Source: Vulcanimicrobiota bacterium
Lineage (GTDB): Bacteria; Vulcanimicrobiota; Vulcanimicrobiia; Vulcanimicrobiales; Vulcanimicrobiaceae
Length of the DNA stretch: 64,000 bases
Assembly: GCA_963812155.1 (NCBI GenBank)
Contig: CAWETW010000003.1
Coordinates: forward strand, 704,001 to 768,000
Direction: 5' to 3'
A model generated the notes under the pieces. The model worked only from the letters and a program-made list of their open reading frames with translations, made no database searches and was not told where the DNA came from. Positions 10,580 to 19,345 of the stretch are shown in pieces. Numbering within the stretch: position 1 is the first letter of the stretch; every line of letters begins with the position of its first letter. The position numbers and the translations under genes are program-made.

Positions 10580-11053
10580 TCAGTTCTCCCTCGTGCGATG
10601 GTTCTTGGGGGTCAAAAACCTTGACGCATGTGGACTGGAGCGTTCATTGACTGCCAGTAAGTGCGCCGCGCATACGGCTGTGGCTGATAGCTTAAGCATG
10701 ATTCGCCCCTTTTGAAGTAGCTCGGGCAAAAGGGCTTACTCGCCCAATCTGGCTCCAAGGCAAGCGAGCATCCGTCCAGCGCCTTCGAGCCAAGTCGCGA
10801 ATTACCTAGGACTCGCGTCTGGCACTGGCTCCGTGCTTGCGCTGCTCAGGATGGGCCGGGATTCCATTTTGCAACTTCTGTACCGCCAGCTGCCGCGCCG
10901 ATTTTGCACGCTGGTTCGGTAAAGTTCGCGGACGGTTCAGACACTTGGAGTGGAGCCGCTCGGTCACGCTGGCCGCACCTTTGGAACCGATTACCAGCCC
11001 CCTAGCCACCCCGCAGCCACGCCACCGATCGCGCCGCCGTCACACCTGCGAGC

Positions 11054-11208
11054 GCCTCGCAGCACAGGAGCCTAGCTCGCAGCAGCCTCGCAGCTTAGCG
11101 CGCGTTGTTTAGCGCACTGCCGCTCGGATCGCGGCAGCTTTGCAGCCTAGCAGATCGGCGGCCGGCTGCGCGGCGCTGGGCGCGAGCTAGGCTGCCGCGC
11201 TGTGAGGC
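11054..11208. repeat. long imperfect inverted repeat / candidate structured RNA
   Basis: 11054-11080 and 11182-11208 are complementary at 23 of 27 positions, and three of the four mismatches are purine transitions; internal hairpin ctgccgc/gcggcag. Confidence 0.55.
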
Positions 11209-11241
11209 CCGCCAGGCCGTCTGCTGAGCGGGATCGGTTGC

Positions 11242-11279
11242 TTGACGCTCAGCCTAAACAGTTGTACTATCGAACTGTT
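11242..11279 (+). promoter_or_regulatory. sigma70 promoter overlapped by palindromic operator
   Basis: TTGACG(11242)-17 bp-TACTAT(11265); inverted repeat AACAGTT-N9-AACTGTT (11257-11279). Confidence 0.75.
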
Positions 11280-11730
11280 GCGAAGTCGAACTAATCGTAA
11301 AGAAGTCAAGCCCCTTTCCTTTCAGGAAGAAATTGTTTCGCTCATACGCAGCCTCGGGCTGCACAGACCTGACCAAACACCGTGTGGCCAGCCAATTGCC
11401 GTCGCAGAAGCGCAGGCCGTTCTTGAACTGTCACGAGAGCCACGGATATCACAGAATGGCCTGGCGGCGCGGCTTCGCCTAGAGAAGAGCACAGTCAGCC
11501 GAATCGCAGCAATCCTAGAGAGTCGGGGTTGGCTTGAACGCGCACGTGATAAGGATGACTCGCGCATCTTACGACTGCGTTTGACGCCACTTGGTTCCAG
11601 AGTAGCCCGGAGCCTGGCCGCATCGCGCGTTGCGAGGTTCTCAAAAGTCTTTGCGGCGATACCAGAGCACCAGCGGGCGTCCGTCCTTGAGTCCCTATCC
11701 ATTCTGACTGAGGTTTTAAATGAGAATTGA
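11278..11730 (+). CDS. MarR family transcriptional regulator
   Basis: wHTH LAARLRLEKSTVSRI..LESRGWLER..D.R..RLRLT; N-terminal TPCG; probable leaderless TTG start. Confidence 0.9.
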   Translation: MRSRTNRKEVKPLSFQEEIVSLIRSLGLHRPDQTPCGQPIAVAEAQAVLELSREPRISQNGLAARLRLEKSTVSRIAAILESRGWLERARDKDDSRILRLRLTPLGSRVARSLAASRVARFSKVFAAIPEHQRASVLESLSILTEVLNEN

Positions 11731-12199
11731 ACTGCTATCTATCGCGGCGTTTGCGGCCTTGACCAGCCCAGCCTATGCCGACACGCCGTCGGCGAATCAG
11801 AATGCCGTTATGATCCACGGCGCGCAGATCATGCCCTTCGACATGAGTACCGCTAAGCATATGTTTCTACCAAGCTCCAATGGCGGCGTCGTCGAAGTTA
11901 TGGTTAACAACATGGAGCCAACGCAGATCGCACTTGTACGTTCGCATTTGCTCGCAGAAGCCGCGAAGTTTGCTCGCGGCGATTATTCGGACCCCGCGTA
12001 CATTCACGGTAAGATGATGCCGGGTCTAGCCAAGTTGGAGTCTGGCGCGGCGCGGGTATCGGTTCGCTATTTTGAAACGCCAACAGGCGCGGCGATCACC
12101 TTCAGTAGTGCAGATCGCGAAATGGTGTCAGCCGTCCACGATTGGCTTGCCGCACAGCAACGCGACCACGGATCGGATGGCACGAAGCATAACGCCTGA
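11720..12199 (+). CDS. secreted His-containing hypothetical protein
   Basis: Signal peptide AYA; MPFD..H.F, RSHL, IHG..MPG and AQQRDHG motifs; overlaps the MarR stop. Confidence 0.7.
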   Translation: MRIELLSIAAFAALTSPAYADTPSANQNAVMIHGAQIMPFDMSTAKHMFLPSSNGGVVEVMVNNMEPTQIALVRSHLLAEAAKFARGDYSDPAYIHGKMMPGLAKLESGAARVSVRYFETPTGAAITFSSADREMVSAVHDWLAAQQRDHGSDGTKHNA

Positions 12200-12437
12200 T
12201 CATCGGCGCTGTCATCCGAAACTGTTGGTTCTCGCCTATGGCATTCTTCGGTCCAGCGCCGCTTTGATGCAAACTACGCTTGACGCGTAATACGGTATCT
12301 ATCCCGCACCGCAGAGTAGCGGGCATAGGAGGGCGGTCTTCACACTTCCCTAAAACTCCAAGCGAACCTTAGCTCTCGCGCGACAAAATATCGTATTTGC
12401 TGCGATTCAAGTAACTCGCATTACGCAGTCGCTTCCT

Positions 12438-12839
12438 CTAGCTGCTATGCACTAGCTGATCGAGCAACGAGTCCATTGTGCGTGCCGCTAGCTTTTGGCC
12501 TACAGCGCGATCGAAGACGCGCCCCACGACACCACCAGGCGGCTCGTACGAGCCTTCGAGTACGAGCTCCGTTTCTTCGCCGGCCGGGCGAACCGTAAGC
12601 GTCGCGCCAAACAACGGAAAACCGCGCCAAGCCGGTCGCCACGCAAACGCCACACCGACACGAGGCGGAAGGACCCTCGTCCAGTCGTAAAGGAGTGAGT
12701 ATCGAACCTCGACGCCCGCCGTTGAGGAACCCAAAGCCCTCACCTGGAGCTTTGGCCGTTGCGAAAAGAACTCTTGGAGGCGAGCGATCACGTCACTCTG
12801 AGGCTCGTGGATTCGTGCCGTTCGTGCTATTCGCGTCAT
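12438..12839 (-). CDS. hypothetical protein, SRPBCC-like
   Basis: FPLFGATLTVRP..TELVLEGSYEPPGG..G..FDR pattern. Confidence 0.6.
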   Translation of the reverse strand: MTRIARTARIHEPQSDVIARLQEFFSQRPKLQVRALGSSTAGVEVRYSLLYDWTRVLPPRVGVAFAWRPAWRGFPLFGATLTVRPAGEETELVLEGSYEPPGGVVGRVFDRAVGQKLAARTMDSLLDQLVHSS

Positions 12840-13246
12840 AGGTGGATTATTTTCCTAGTCGCGCGAGGCCACCCTCACGTTCAACCATATTCTTTAGTCG
12901 CCCTGGGCTGATCGGATTGTTCTCGCAAAGCGCTGCAAAGGAAGCGCGAGAATCGGCTCTCAGCCACCGCGCCGGGATTTATGCGGGATTGCGAAACCGA
13001 ATCCGCACGTCCCGCCAGGATCCGAAATACAAGCCCGCGCGACGAATTGAAGAAAAGCAATTAACATCTTCGCATTCTCACTGGCGCGGTGCGGTTCGCG
13101 CGGAGACTCGTGTCTCGCATCCGCGGCATTGGCTGGCATGGACCCGTTTGGCAGAAGCCTCTCTTTCGTCGCGAGAACCTAACTTAAGTTGGCGTCTGAG
13201 TTCTAGGGTCGCGGTATACTCGTTGTTGTAAGGAGAGTATCAGAAC

Positions 13247-13603
13247 ATGTTGCGTAGCAGGTTTTTTGGCCTCATAACTCTAGCGGCGATCATCCCGCTC
13301 GTGGGCGGCGTGCCTGCGGGCGCGCACCCCAGCGTCGACGTTGTAGCTTCGAACTGGAAGTTCACCCCCTCGACGATAGATCTTCACGCCGGGGAAACCA
13401 CGAGTATTCGGCTTACGTCGAGCGAGGGCGTGCACGGGCTCAAATCCGACGACCTCGGTATCCCGCAAACGGCCATCACTCCCGGGCAGTTCACGACGGT
13501 GACCGTAACGCCGAAGAAAGCCGGCAAGTACGTCCTGCACTGCGCGATTATGTGCGGCGCAGGACATGCCGATATGACGCTGACGGTGAATGTGTTGCCT
13601 TAA
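13247..13603 (+). CDS. secreted stand-alone CuA-type cupredoxin
   Basis: RBS AAGGAG; signal peptide; VHG plus C-terminal CAIMCGAGHADM (CxxxCxxxHxxM); no CoxB TM helices. Confidence 0.85.
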   Translation: MLRSRFFGLITLAAIIPLVGGVPAGAHPSVDVVASNWKFTPSTIDLHAGETTSIRLTSSEGVHGLKSDDLGIPQTAITPGQFTTVTVTPKKAGKYVLHCAIMCGAGHADMTLTVNVLP

Positions 13604-13742
13604 GGGCGTTGGCCGCGGTGGCATGCTACCGCCGTGATCGCCAAGCCGGCTTCTCTTTGGGAGGACAGAGGCAATGGACGTAGGAATTGCTTCCACAAAC
13701 GAGGGCGAGCGGGATTCCGCAACGTTCTCGGGGAGAGTGGCG

Positions 13743-14939
13743 ATGCCAATCAGATCCACGTTCGAGATGCTCGTCACTACCAGTTTAGGCATTTTTAGCG
13801 CAATCGCCGTTGTCGTTATGGCAGTCGTGCTCGCCACGAGCCGACCCGCACAGGCGATGCCCAATTTTGCGCAAGCCTATGGCGTAGCTTGTTCGGAATG
13901 TCACGTCCAAATTCCAGCGCTCAATGCATATGGTCGGTATGTCCAGCGTACGGGATATTCGGGATTGAATCCTCACGTGTTGGAGCGTGAGTCGCCTATT
14001 TGGGTCGATTACCCGGTGAGCTACTCTCAGCAAGCGCCAAACGCTGCATCCTGGGACATCGGCAGTCTGGGGTTGCACGCCGACGGCGCGTTCGGAACGC
14101 CCAACAGTGAATGGACGTATCACGTCCAGCAGTGGATTTGGCAATCGAGCCAGGCCGGCGGTCTCGATACAGCGTGGGTCGCCTATAATAATTTCTTCAA
14201 TGGAGCCGGGCACATCTTTGCGGGAAAACTTGAAGTACCGGCTCCGTCAGAGTTCAGCCAGTGGTTCGACGTTTCAGGTCTTACTTCCAACTCCCAGGCA
14301 GAGATCACCGTCGGCGAACACGCATACGAATTAGATGCGAACCGGTGGGGATACAAGTTTGCCTATATGCCCGGTTCGCTCGATGCAGAGATTGCCTACG
14401 TGACGTCGGGTGCCGACTTGAACGGCTTCAACAATTACGACTGGACGCAGGACAAGACGCTCCAATACAAAGTCGCGTTCGCGAACCGCGGCAATCCTCT
14501 GGAGTTTGGCTATTACGGCGCGCGCGGATCGTGGCCGCTCAGCGAAGGCGGATTCGACCAATACTACAGCAATGGATTCTACGCGCAGCGCGATCCCGTC
14601 AATAGCGTTCCCGGTTTCCTAGCGGTGTATCAGATGAATCACGACAGCAATCCCGGTATGGGCTTGCCGTCGTCCGGCAGCAATGGCGTATCCTACGAGC
14701 TGTATGATAACATCGGCAAGCGGGCGTTGCTCGCGGTTGGCGAGCAGCTCACGAACGACGGATTGGGCAATCACACGCAGATCGGCAATATCGATGCTTC
14801 CTATCACATCACACGCTTCATTACGATCTACGCCGAAGAAGCGCTTGGGGTTGGGCAAAAGCCAACGTGGAACGGGTTGATCTGGTTCGCGCTTCCGACG
14901 GGTCCACTGTGGCCGCCGCTCTCGCAGACAGGGTGGTGA
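13743..14939 (+). CDS. Cyc2-like fused monoheme cytochrome c-outer membrane porin
   Basis: Signal ending AQA, then PNFAQAYGVACSECHVQIPALNAYGRYVQRTGY (PxFA..CxxCH..PxL..GR..GY). The remainder is aromatic-rich with alternating beta-strand character. Confidence 0.75.
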   Translation: MPIRSTFEMLVTTSLGIFSAIAVVVMAVVLATSRPAQAMPNFAQAYGVACSECHVQIPALNAYGRYVQRTGYSGLNPHVLERESPIWVDYPVSYSQQAPNAASWDIGSLGLHADGAFGTPNSEWTYHVQQWIWQSSQAGGLDTAWVAYNNFFNGAGHIFAGKLEVPAPSEFSQWFDVSGLTSNSQAEITVGEHAYELDANRWGYKFAYMPGSLDAEIAYVTSGADLNGFNNYDWTQDKTLQYKVAFANRGNPLEFGYYGARGSWPLSEGGFDQYYSNGFYAQRDPVNSVPGFLAVYQMNHDSNPGMGLPSSGSNGVSYELYDNIGKRALLAVGEQLTNDGLGNHTQIGNIDASYHITRFITIYAEEALGVGQKPTWNGLIWFALPTGPLWPPLSQTGW

Positions 14940-15003
14940 TGTGAATCGTCGAAGCCGTCCTCCGTAAGAGCGGGCAGATGCCTCGCCAGACGGAGGTCGT
15001 GCT

Positions 15004-16023
15004 TTGAGCAACACCGTTAGGCTCGCCTACCTCGCAGGATTTGTCGCCGTCACGATCACGCTCGTGCATTTTAACGGCAAGGTCATGGGCGCCCAGGCCA
15101 TCGACGGTAAGGCGGTTTTCGCGCTCAATTGCGCTGCTTGCCACGGCGCAAACGGTCAGGGTGGCGGACCCTATCCTCCGTTAGCTAACAACCCCGCCGT
15201 CAACGCGGTCGATAGTGCCGGCGTCATTCAGGTCGTATTGAACGGGCGCACGGGACCCATTACGGTTAATGGTGCGCAATACGGCGGCAACATGCCGTCG
15301 TGGCGCGAGTTGTCCGATGCGGATATCGCGGCAGTGCTGACGTACGTACGTTCGGCCTGGAACAACAGTGCGCCGGCGGTTTCTGCCGACCAAGTTGCAG
15401 CCGCGCGGGCACCGGTAGCGATGAGCGGCGAGGCGCTCTTTGCCACACATTGCGCGACATGTCATCAAGTGACGGGCCTAGGCACCGACACTTTTCCACC
15501 GCTCGCTGGAAACTCGGTGATTACTTCCACCGATCCGAGTGTGATGATCGCGGTGATCGTCAACGGTCGCAGTGGTCCACTGGCCGTCAACGGCAAAATG
15601 TACAATAGCACAATGCCAACCTGGAAAGGACAGCTGACGAACGCCGACATTGCTTCGGTCGCAACCTACGTCCGGTCTGCTTGGGGCAACAGTGCGTCAC
15701 CCGTAACTGAAGACCAAGTCGCTGCCGCCGGCGCGCCAGTTTCCGCTCAAGTCGGAGCTTCCGTTTACGCAAAGAATTGCGCGGCTTGCCACGGAGCCAC
15801 CGGAAACGGTGGAATCGGCCCCGCGCTCGCCGGAAATCCTCACGTGAACATCGACAATGCAAGCGTCATGCTGACGACGATCGTACAAGGTCGAAGTCTT
15901 ATGCCGTCCTGGCGAGGGCAACTCGCAGCCAGCGATATCGCGGCCGTCGCAACGTTTATTCGGTCTTCATGGGGCAATCGCGCGCCGGGAGTGACGGTGC
16001 AACAGGTGATGGCGATCAAATAA
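15004..16023 (+). CDS. triheme periplasmic class I cytochrome c
   Basis: Signal peptide; CAACH, CATCH and CAACH, each followed by MPS/TW axial Met; tandem domain repeats. Confidence 0.9.
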   Translation: MSNTVRLAYLAGFVAVTITLVHFNGKVMGAQAIDGKAVFALNCAACHGANGQGGGPYPPLANNPAVNAVDSAGVIQVVLNGRTGPITVNGAQYGGNMPSWRELSDADIAAVLTYVRSAWNNSAPAVSADQVAAARAPVAMSGEALFATHCATCHQVTGLGTDTFPPLAGNSVITSTDPSVMIAVIVNGRSGPLAVNGKMYNSTMPTWKGQLTNADIASVATYVRSAWGNSASPVTEDQVAAAGAPVSAQVGASVYAKNCAACHGATGNGGIGPALAGNPHVNIDNASVMLTTIVQGRSLMPSWRGQLAASDIAAVATFIRSSWGNRAPGVTVQQVMAIK

Positions 16024-16056
16024 AACTGACTACAAATCGCTAAGGTAGGGGGGCAT

Positions 16057-16701
16057 CTAATAAGCAAGCGTAGCGGACGCGACGCTGGTGCCGGCGCGTC
16101 GCAATATGATTGACCTGATGCGCTCGTGGGGATGAATCAGGAGCGTTGCGGTCTCTCCAGCGCTCGCCAAAACGCCGAGATCCATTGTGCCCGTGGCCAT
16201 CTCTGCGATCGCGTGCAGTGGTCCGCGGGGCTTATCGGCGATGATGTATATCCACGAGCCGTCTCGCGCGTAGAGAATCTTTGCTGCCACAGGATACGCC
16301 GACTCAGGCGTCATCGAAACGTGGTTGAAATGACTGTGGACCATCGTTACGAGCGCGACGTCTTCAGTTGCGAGTCTTCCACGCAGCAGAAGCGTCTGCC
16401 ACCCCAGCCCGATAAGGGTTAGGGCGATCACTGCCGCAACGGCAAAGCGAAAGAAATTCGCATGGGGTATGCCTGTACGGGCGCGCGGCCGTATCGATTC
16501 TTGCAGCCGCCTTTTCAACGCCGGCGACGGCGCGGCGGCCGGTAATGCCGCAGCGAGCGAAGCCGCGGCGATTTGCGCTTGTGCGACTCGGTTGGCACAG
16601 GGTGAGCAAAACCTGATATGGTGCTCGACCTTGCGAACCGCATCGTCATCGAGGATCCCAAGCGGATACAGCTCCGCGTCTTCGCCGAGATGCTCGGTCA
16701 C
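16057..16701 (-). CDS. anti-sigma factor (RskA-like, ZAS zinc motif)
   Basis: HxxxCxxC (HIRFCSPC); single TM helix; overlaps the ECF sigma stop. Confidence 0.8.
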   Translation of the reverse strand: MTEHLGEDAELYPLGILDDDAVRKVEHHIRFCSPCANRVAQAQIAAASLAAALPAAAPSPALKRRLQESIRPRARTGIPHANFFRFAVAAVIALTLIGLGWQTLLLRGRLATEDVALVTMVHSHFNHVSMTPESAYPVAAKILYARDGSWIYIIADKPRGPLHAIAEMATGTMDLGVLASAGETATLLIHPHERIRSIILRRAGTSVASATLAY

Positions 16702-17237
16702 GTACGGTTCCCTCCGGCACTCGCTAGTTCGGCCTGCAATTTACGCATTGCCATAGAAATACGGCTCTTGATCGTACCGAGTGGAACACCCAATTCGGCT
16801 GCAATCTCGACGTGCGTCTTGTTCCTATAGTACGCGAGCGCGAGCGCCGTGCGTTGTTCCTCCGGAAGTCGCGCAAGAGCCCCCTGCAGGCGTTGCGTCT
16901 CGACCGGGTCCGCGCTCGGCGGATCGACCGTCGTCACTGAAGACAGACGAGCCGTCTTCTGCTCTCGCGCGTCACGCCGGCCTTGACTGCGAAGCATCGC
17001 GAGCGATTCGTTGCGCACCGACGCAATCAAATACGCTTTGAGCATCTCGCGGTTACCTTCGAAGCGGTTGGGGGCGCGCCATACGCGGATGAGGGCATCG
17101 TGAACGCAGTCCTCCGCGCGCGCATTATCCGAGAGGGCGTGACGTGCGACGCTGACAAACATGCGCGACCAAAGCTCGTACGCCTTCTCAAGCCCCGAGG
17201 GCCTACGCGCGACGAAGTCATCAACGAGGTCGTCCAT
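16698..17237 (-). CDS. ECF RNA polymerase sigma factor (SigK-like)
   Basis: AEDCVHDALIRVW; region 4 LPEEQR..LAYY..THVEIAAELGVPLGTIKSR. Confidence 0.9.
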   Translation of the reverse strand: MDDLVDDFVARRPSGLEKAYELWSRMFVSVARHALSDNARAEDCVHDALIRVWRAPNRFEGNREMLKAYLIASVRNESLAMLRSQGRRDAREQKTARLSSVTTVDPPSADPVETQRLQGALARLPEEQRTALALAYYRNKTHVEIAAELGVPLGTIKSRISMAMRKLQAELASAGGNRT

Positions 17238-17278
17238 CTACCCGACTGAGATACGGCCTCGTTCGTTTCACGCCCTTG

Positions 17279-17340
17279 ATATGCCGCCGAAGGCGGTCTC
17301 GGATGAGCCGACTCATCCGCGTACTGCGGCGGCGGCATAT
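17279..17340. promoter_or_regulatory. back-to-back pair of identical putative ECF promoters
   Basis: CTCATCC-N17-CATAT on the + strand (17312-17340) and on the - strand (17307-17279), between the divergent sigma and cupredoxin genes. Confidence 0.65.
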
Positions 17341-17348
17341 GCATTCAC

Positions 17349-17699
17349 ATGAAACCACTCTTTAGCGGCCTGCAGACCATCTTGCTGGTCATCGCCTTGA
17401 CATCCGCGGCAAACGCCGCCCCCCTCCTGCCCGCAGTCGCAACGGTCCACATCAAAGATTTCAAATATAATCCGCCGGCTCTTACCGTCCACGTGGGCGG
17501 TCGTGTCACGTTCATCAACGACGACGACGAAGCGCATACGGTGACGGCGAGCGACAAATCATTCGATTCCGAAGGCCTCGATACTAACGGCACGTGGCAG
17601 CACGTCTTCACAAAAGCCGGGACATACCACTACTTCTGCGAGCTGCATCCATACATGAAGGCAACGGTTATCGTTCTGCCGGCTGCGCCGGCAAAGTAA
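17349..17699 (+). CDS. plastocyanin/amicyanin-like type-1 cupredoxin
   Basis: Signal peptide; HTVT and YFCELHPYM copper ligands. Confidence 0.9.
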   Translation: MKPLFSGLQTILLVIALTSAANAAPLLPAVATVHIKDFKYNPPALTVHVGGRVTFINDDDEAHTVTASDKSFDSEGLDTNGTWQHVFTKAGTYHYFCELHPYMKATVIVLPAAPAK

Positions 17700-17709
17700 G
17701 GAGCAACAC

Positions 17710-18600
17710 ATGAAACGCGACGACTTTCTCAAGCACGTGGGCTGGACCGGGGCCGGCGGTATCGCGTGGTCGCTATCGGGCACGGGCTTATTCACGGCCC
17801 AACGCGCCCAAGCTGCCGAAGGGGGCCTTTCGTTCGTCCAAATTAGCGACAGCCATATCGGATTCGCGCGACCTGAAAACCCGGACGTTGCGGGGACGCT
17901 CCAAAAAACCATCGATGCGATTAATGCGTTGCCGGTCCAACCATCCTTCGTCGTCCACACGGGCGACGTGACCCATCTCTCAAAGCCGGCGCAGTTCGAT
18001 ACGGCGAAGCAAATGCTTAGCACGTTAAAGGCTCCGCTGATCGTGATACCCGGAGAACACGACGTCATCGGAACGCCGCAAGCGTTCTTTGAAGCGTTTC
18101 GGCGGGGCGACGCACCGAACGGATGGTTTTCGTGGGACCAAGGCGGAGTGCACTTCCTGTCGCTTGTCAACGTCTTCAACTTCGAAATCGATGGGAAGCT
18201 CGGTACCGAGCAACTCAGTTTTGTAAAGAAGGATCTCGCCGCGCAAAAAAGCTCGACACCGATCGTCGTCTTTGCTCACGTTCCACTCTACGCGCTCTTT
18301 CCGCCGTGGGGCTGGACGACCGAGGACGGCTCAACCGTTCTAGCGGCACTGCGCCGCTTCGACGCGGTCACCGTGCTGAACGGTCACATCCATCAAGTCG
18401 TCCAGCACACCGACGGAAACATCCGGTTTGCCACCGCTGCATCGACCGCATATCCGCAGCCCGCACCCGGCACTGCGGACAAGCCCGGTCCATTAAAAGT
18501 CCCTGACAGTCGCTTACTGAGCGTCCTCGGCTATCGAAGCGTAGAAATCGTCCGCAACGTCGCTGCGATCTCTGACCGCTCGCTCCAATCCAACACGTAA
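17710..18600 (+). CDS. exported metallophosphoesterase (CpdA/Icc-like)
   Basis: Tat-like KRDDFLK leader; SDSH, HTGD, PGEHD and GHIH motifs. Confidence 0.88.
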   Translation: MKRDDFLKHVGWTGAGGIAWSLSGTGLFTAQRAQAAEGGLSFVQISDSHIGFARPENPDVAGTLQKTIDAINALPVQPSFVVHTGDVTHLSKPAQFDTAKQMLSTLKAPLIVIPGEHDVIGTPQAFFEAFRRGDAPNGWFSWDQGGVHFLSLVNVFNFEIDGKLGTEQLSFVKKDLAAQKSSTPIVVFAHVPLYALFPPWGWTTEDGSTVLAALRRFDAVTVLNGHIHQVVQHTDGNIRFATAASTAYPQPAPGTADKPGPLKVPDSRLLSVLGYRSVEIVRNVAAISDRSLQSNT

Positions 18601-18628
18601 GCCCTACAACAGATAAAGGATCTACAAC

Positions 18629-18970
18629 ATGCTCGTCCCTCTCATGCTTAGCTCGCTGGTCGGGCTTTCGTCGACGCCTCCGGTACGACTCGCAACGTGC
18701 ACAGTATCAACGCCCAACACCTTTCAGAATGATAACGGTCCGACAACGGTCGGTGAGTTTACCCTTCATGTGCGCTTTTCCGATGCGACATCTGAGCCAA
18801 TCTCTCGCGTACTATTTACTCTCAATGATGGCACGCAGGTTAGTGACGTTGGAACGTTTAGCCCAGGCGTCGTGATCAATCACGTGCTCGAACTATCAAG
18901 CACTGATGCTACGTCATGCACAGCGACGATCGTGAGATTTGCAAACGGCGTAATCTGGAACGCGAACTAA
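18629..18970 (+). CDS. secreted hypothetical protein
   Basis: RBS AAGGA; hydrophobic N-terminus; DVGTFSPGVVINH and VRFANG.IW motifs; two Cys. Confidence 0.6.
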   Translation: MLVPLMLSSLVGLSSTPPVRLATCTVSTPNTFQNDNGPTTVGEFTLHVRFSDATSEPISRVLFTLNDGTQVSDVGTFSPGVVINHVLELSSTDATSCTATIVRFANGVIWNAN

Positions 18971-19067
18971 AAAAAGTTCTAGGGCAAGTCGCGCGTTAAC
19001 ACTTTTCTTATAACACCAACTTATATTTATCGAAATCTACGTATCCAACATCACTTAAGGAGAATCA

Positions 19068-19139
19068 ATGAAACCACCCTACAACATTGGAGCCGTCTGC
19101 ATCGCTATGGCGCTTGCAGCGTGCTCGGGCGCGGAGTAA
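19068..19139 (+). pseudogene. isolated lipoprotein signal-peptide remnant (23 aa)
   Basis: Strong RBS TAAGGAG, then MKPPYNIGAVCIAMALAACSGAE*; stops 5 codons after the lipobox Cys. Confidence 0.45.
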
Positions 19140-19345
19140 ACCGTTTCCTGCGTCCATTCAGGTCGCTTAAACGCTGCGCGCGAGCCAAAAACCGCTCGGT
19201 ATCCTGCACTCGGCTTCGCAGTTGCGAGGCCGTTTTGCATTTCCAGGCTTCGCACTTTCGAGCGTGGGTAACGGCAGAGAGGGGAAAGCGATATTAAATG
19301 CTTCCCTGGAATTCGCGAAAATGCTCGGCTCGAAGCTCGCACTGC

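Noticed and set aside
13181..13220. MerR/CueR-type promoter (TTGGCG-N20-TATACT) upstream of the CuA gene
   Set aside because: No dyad within the spacer; the AACTTAAGTT palindrome upstream is short and the -35 box is weak.
13247..13603. Cytochrome c oxidase operon (coxB)
   Set aside because: No TM helices and no subunit I/III genes adjacent.
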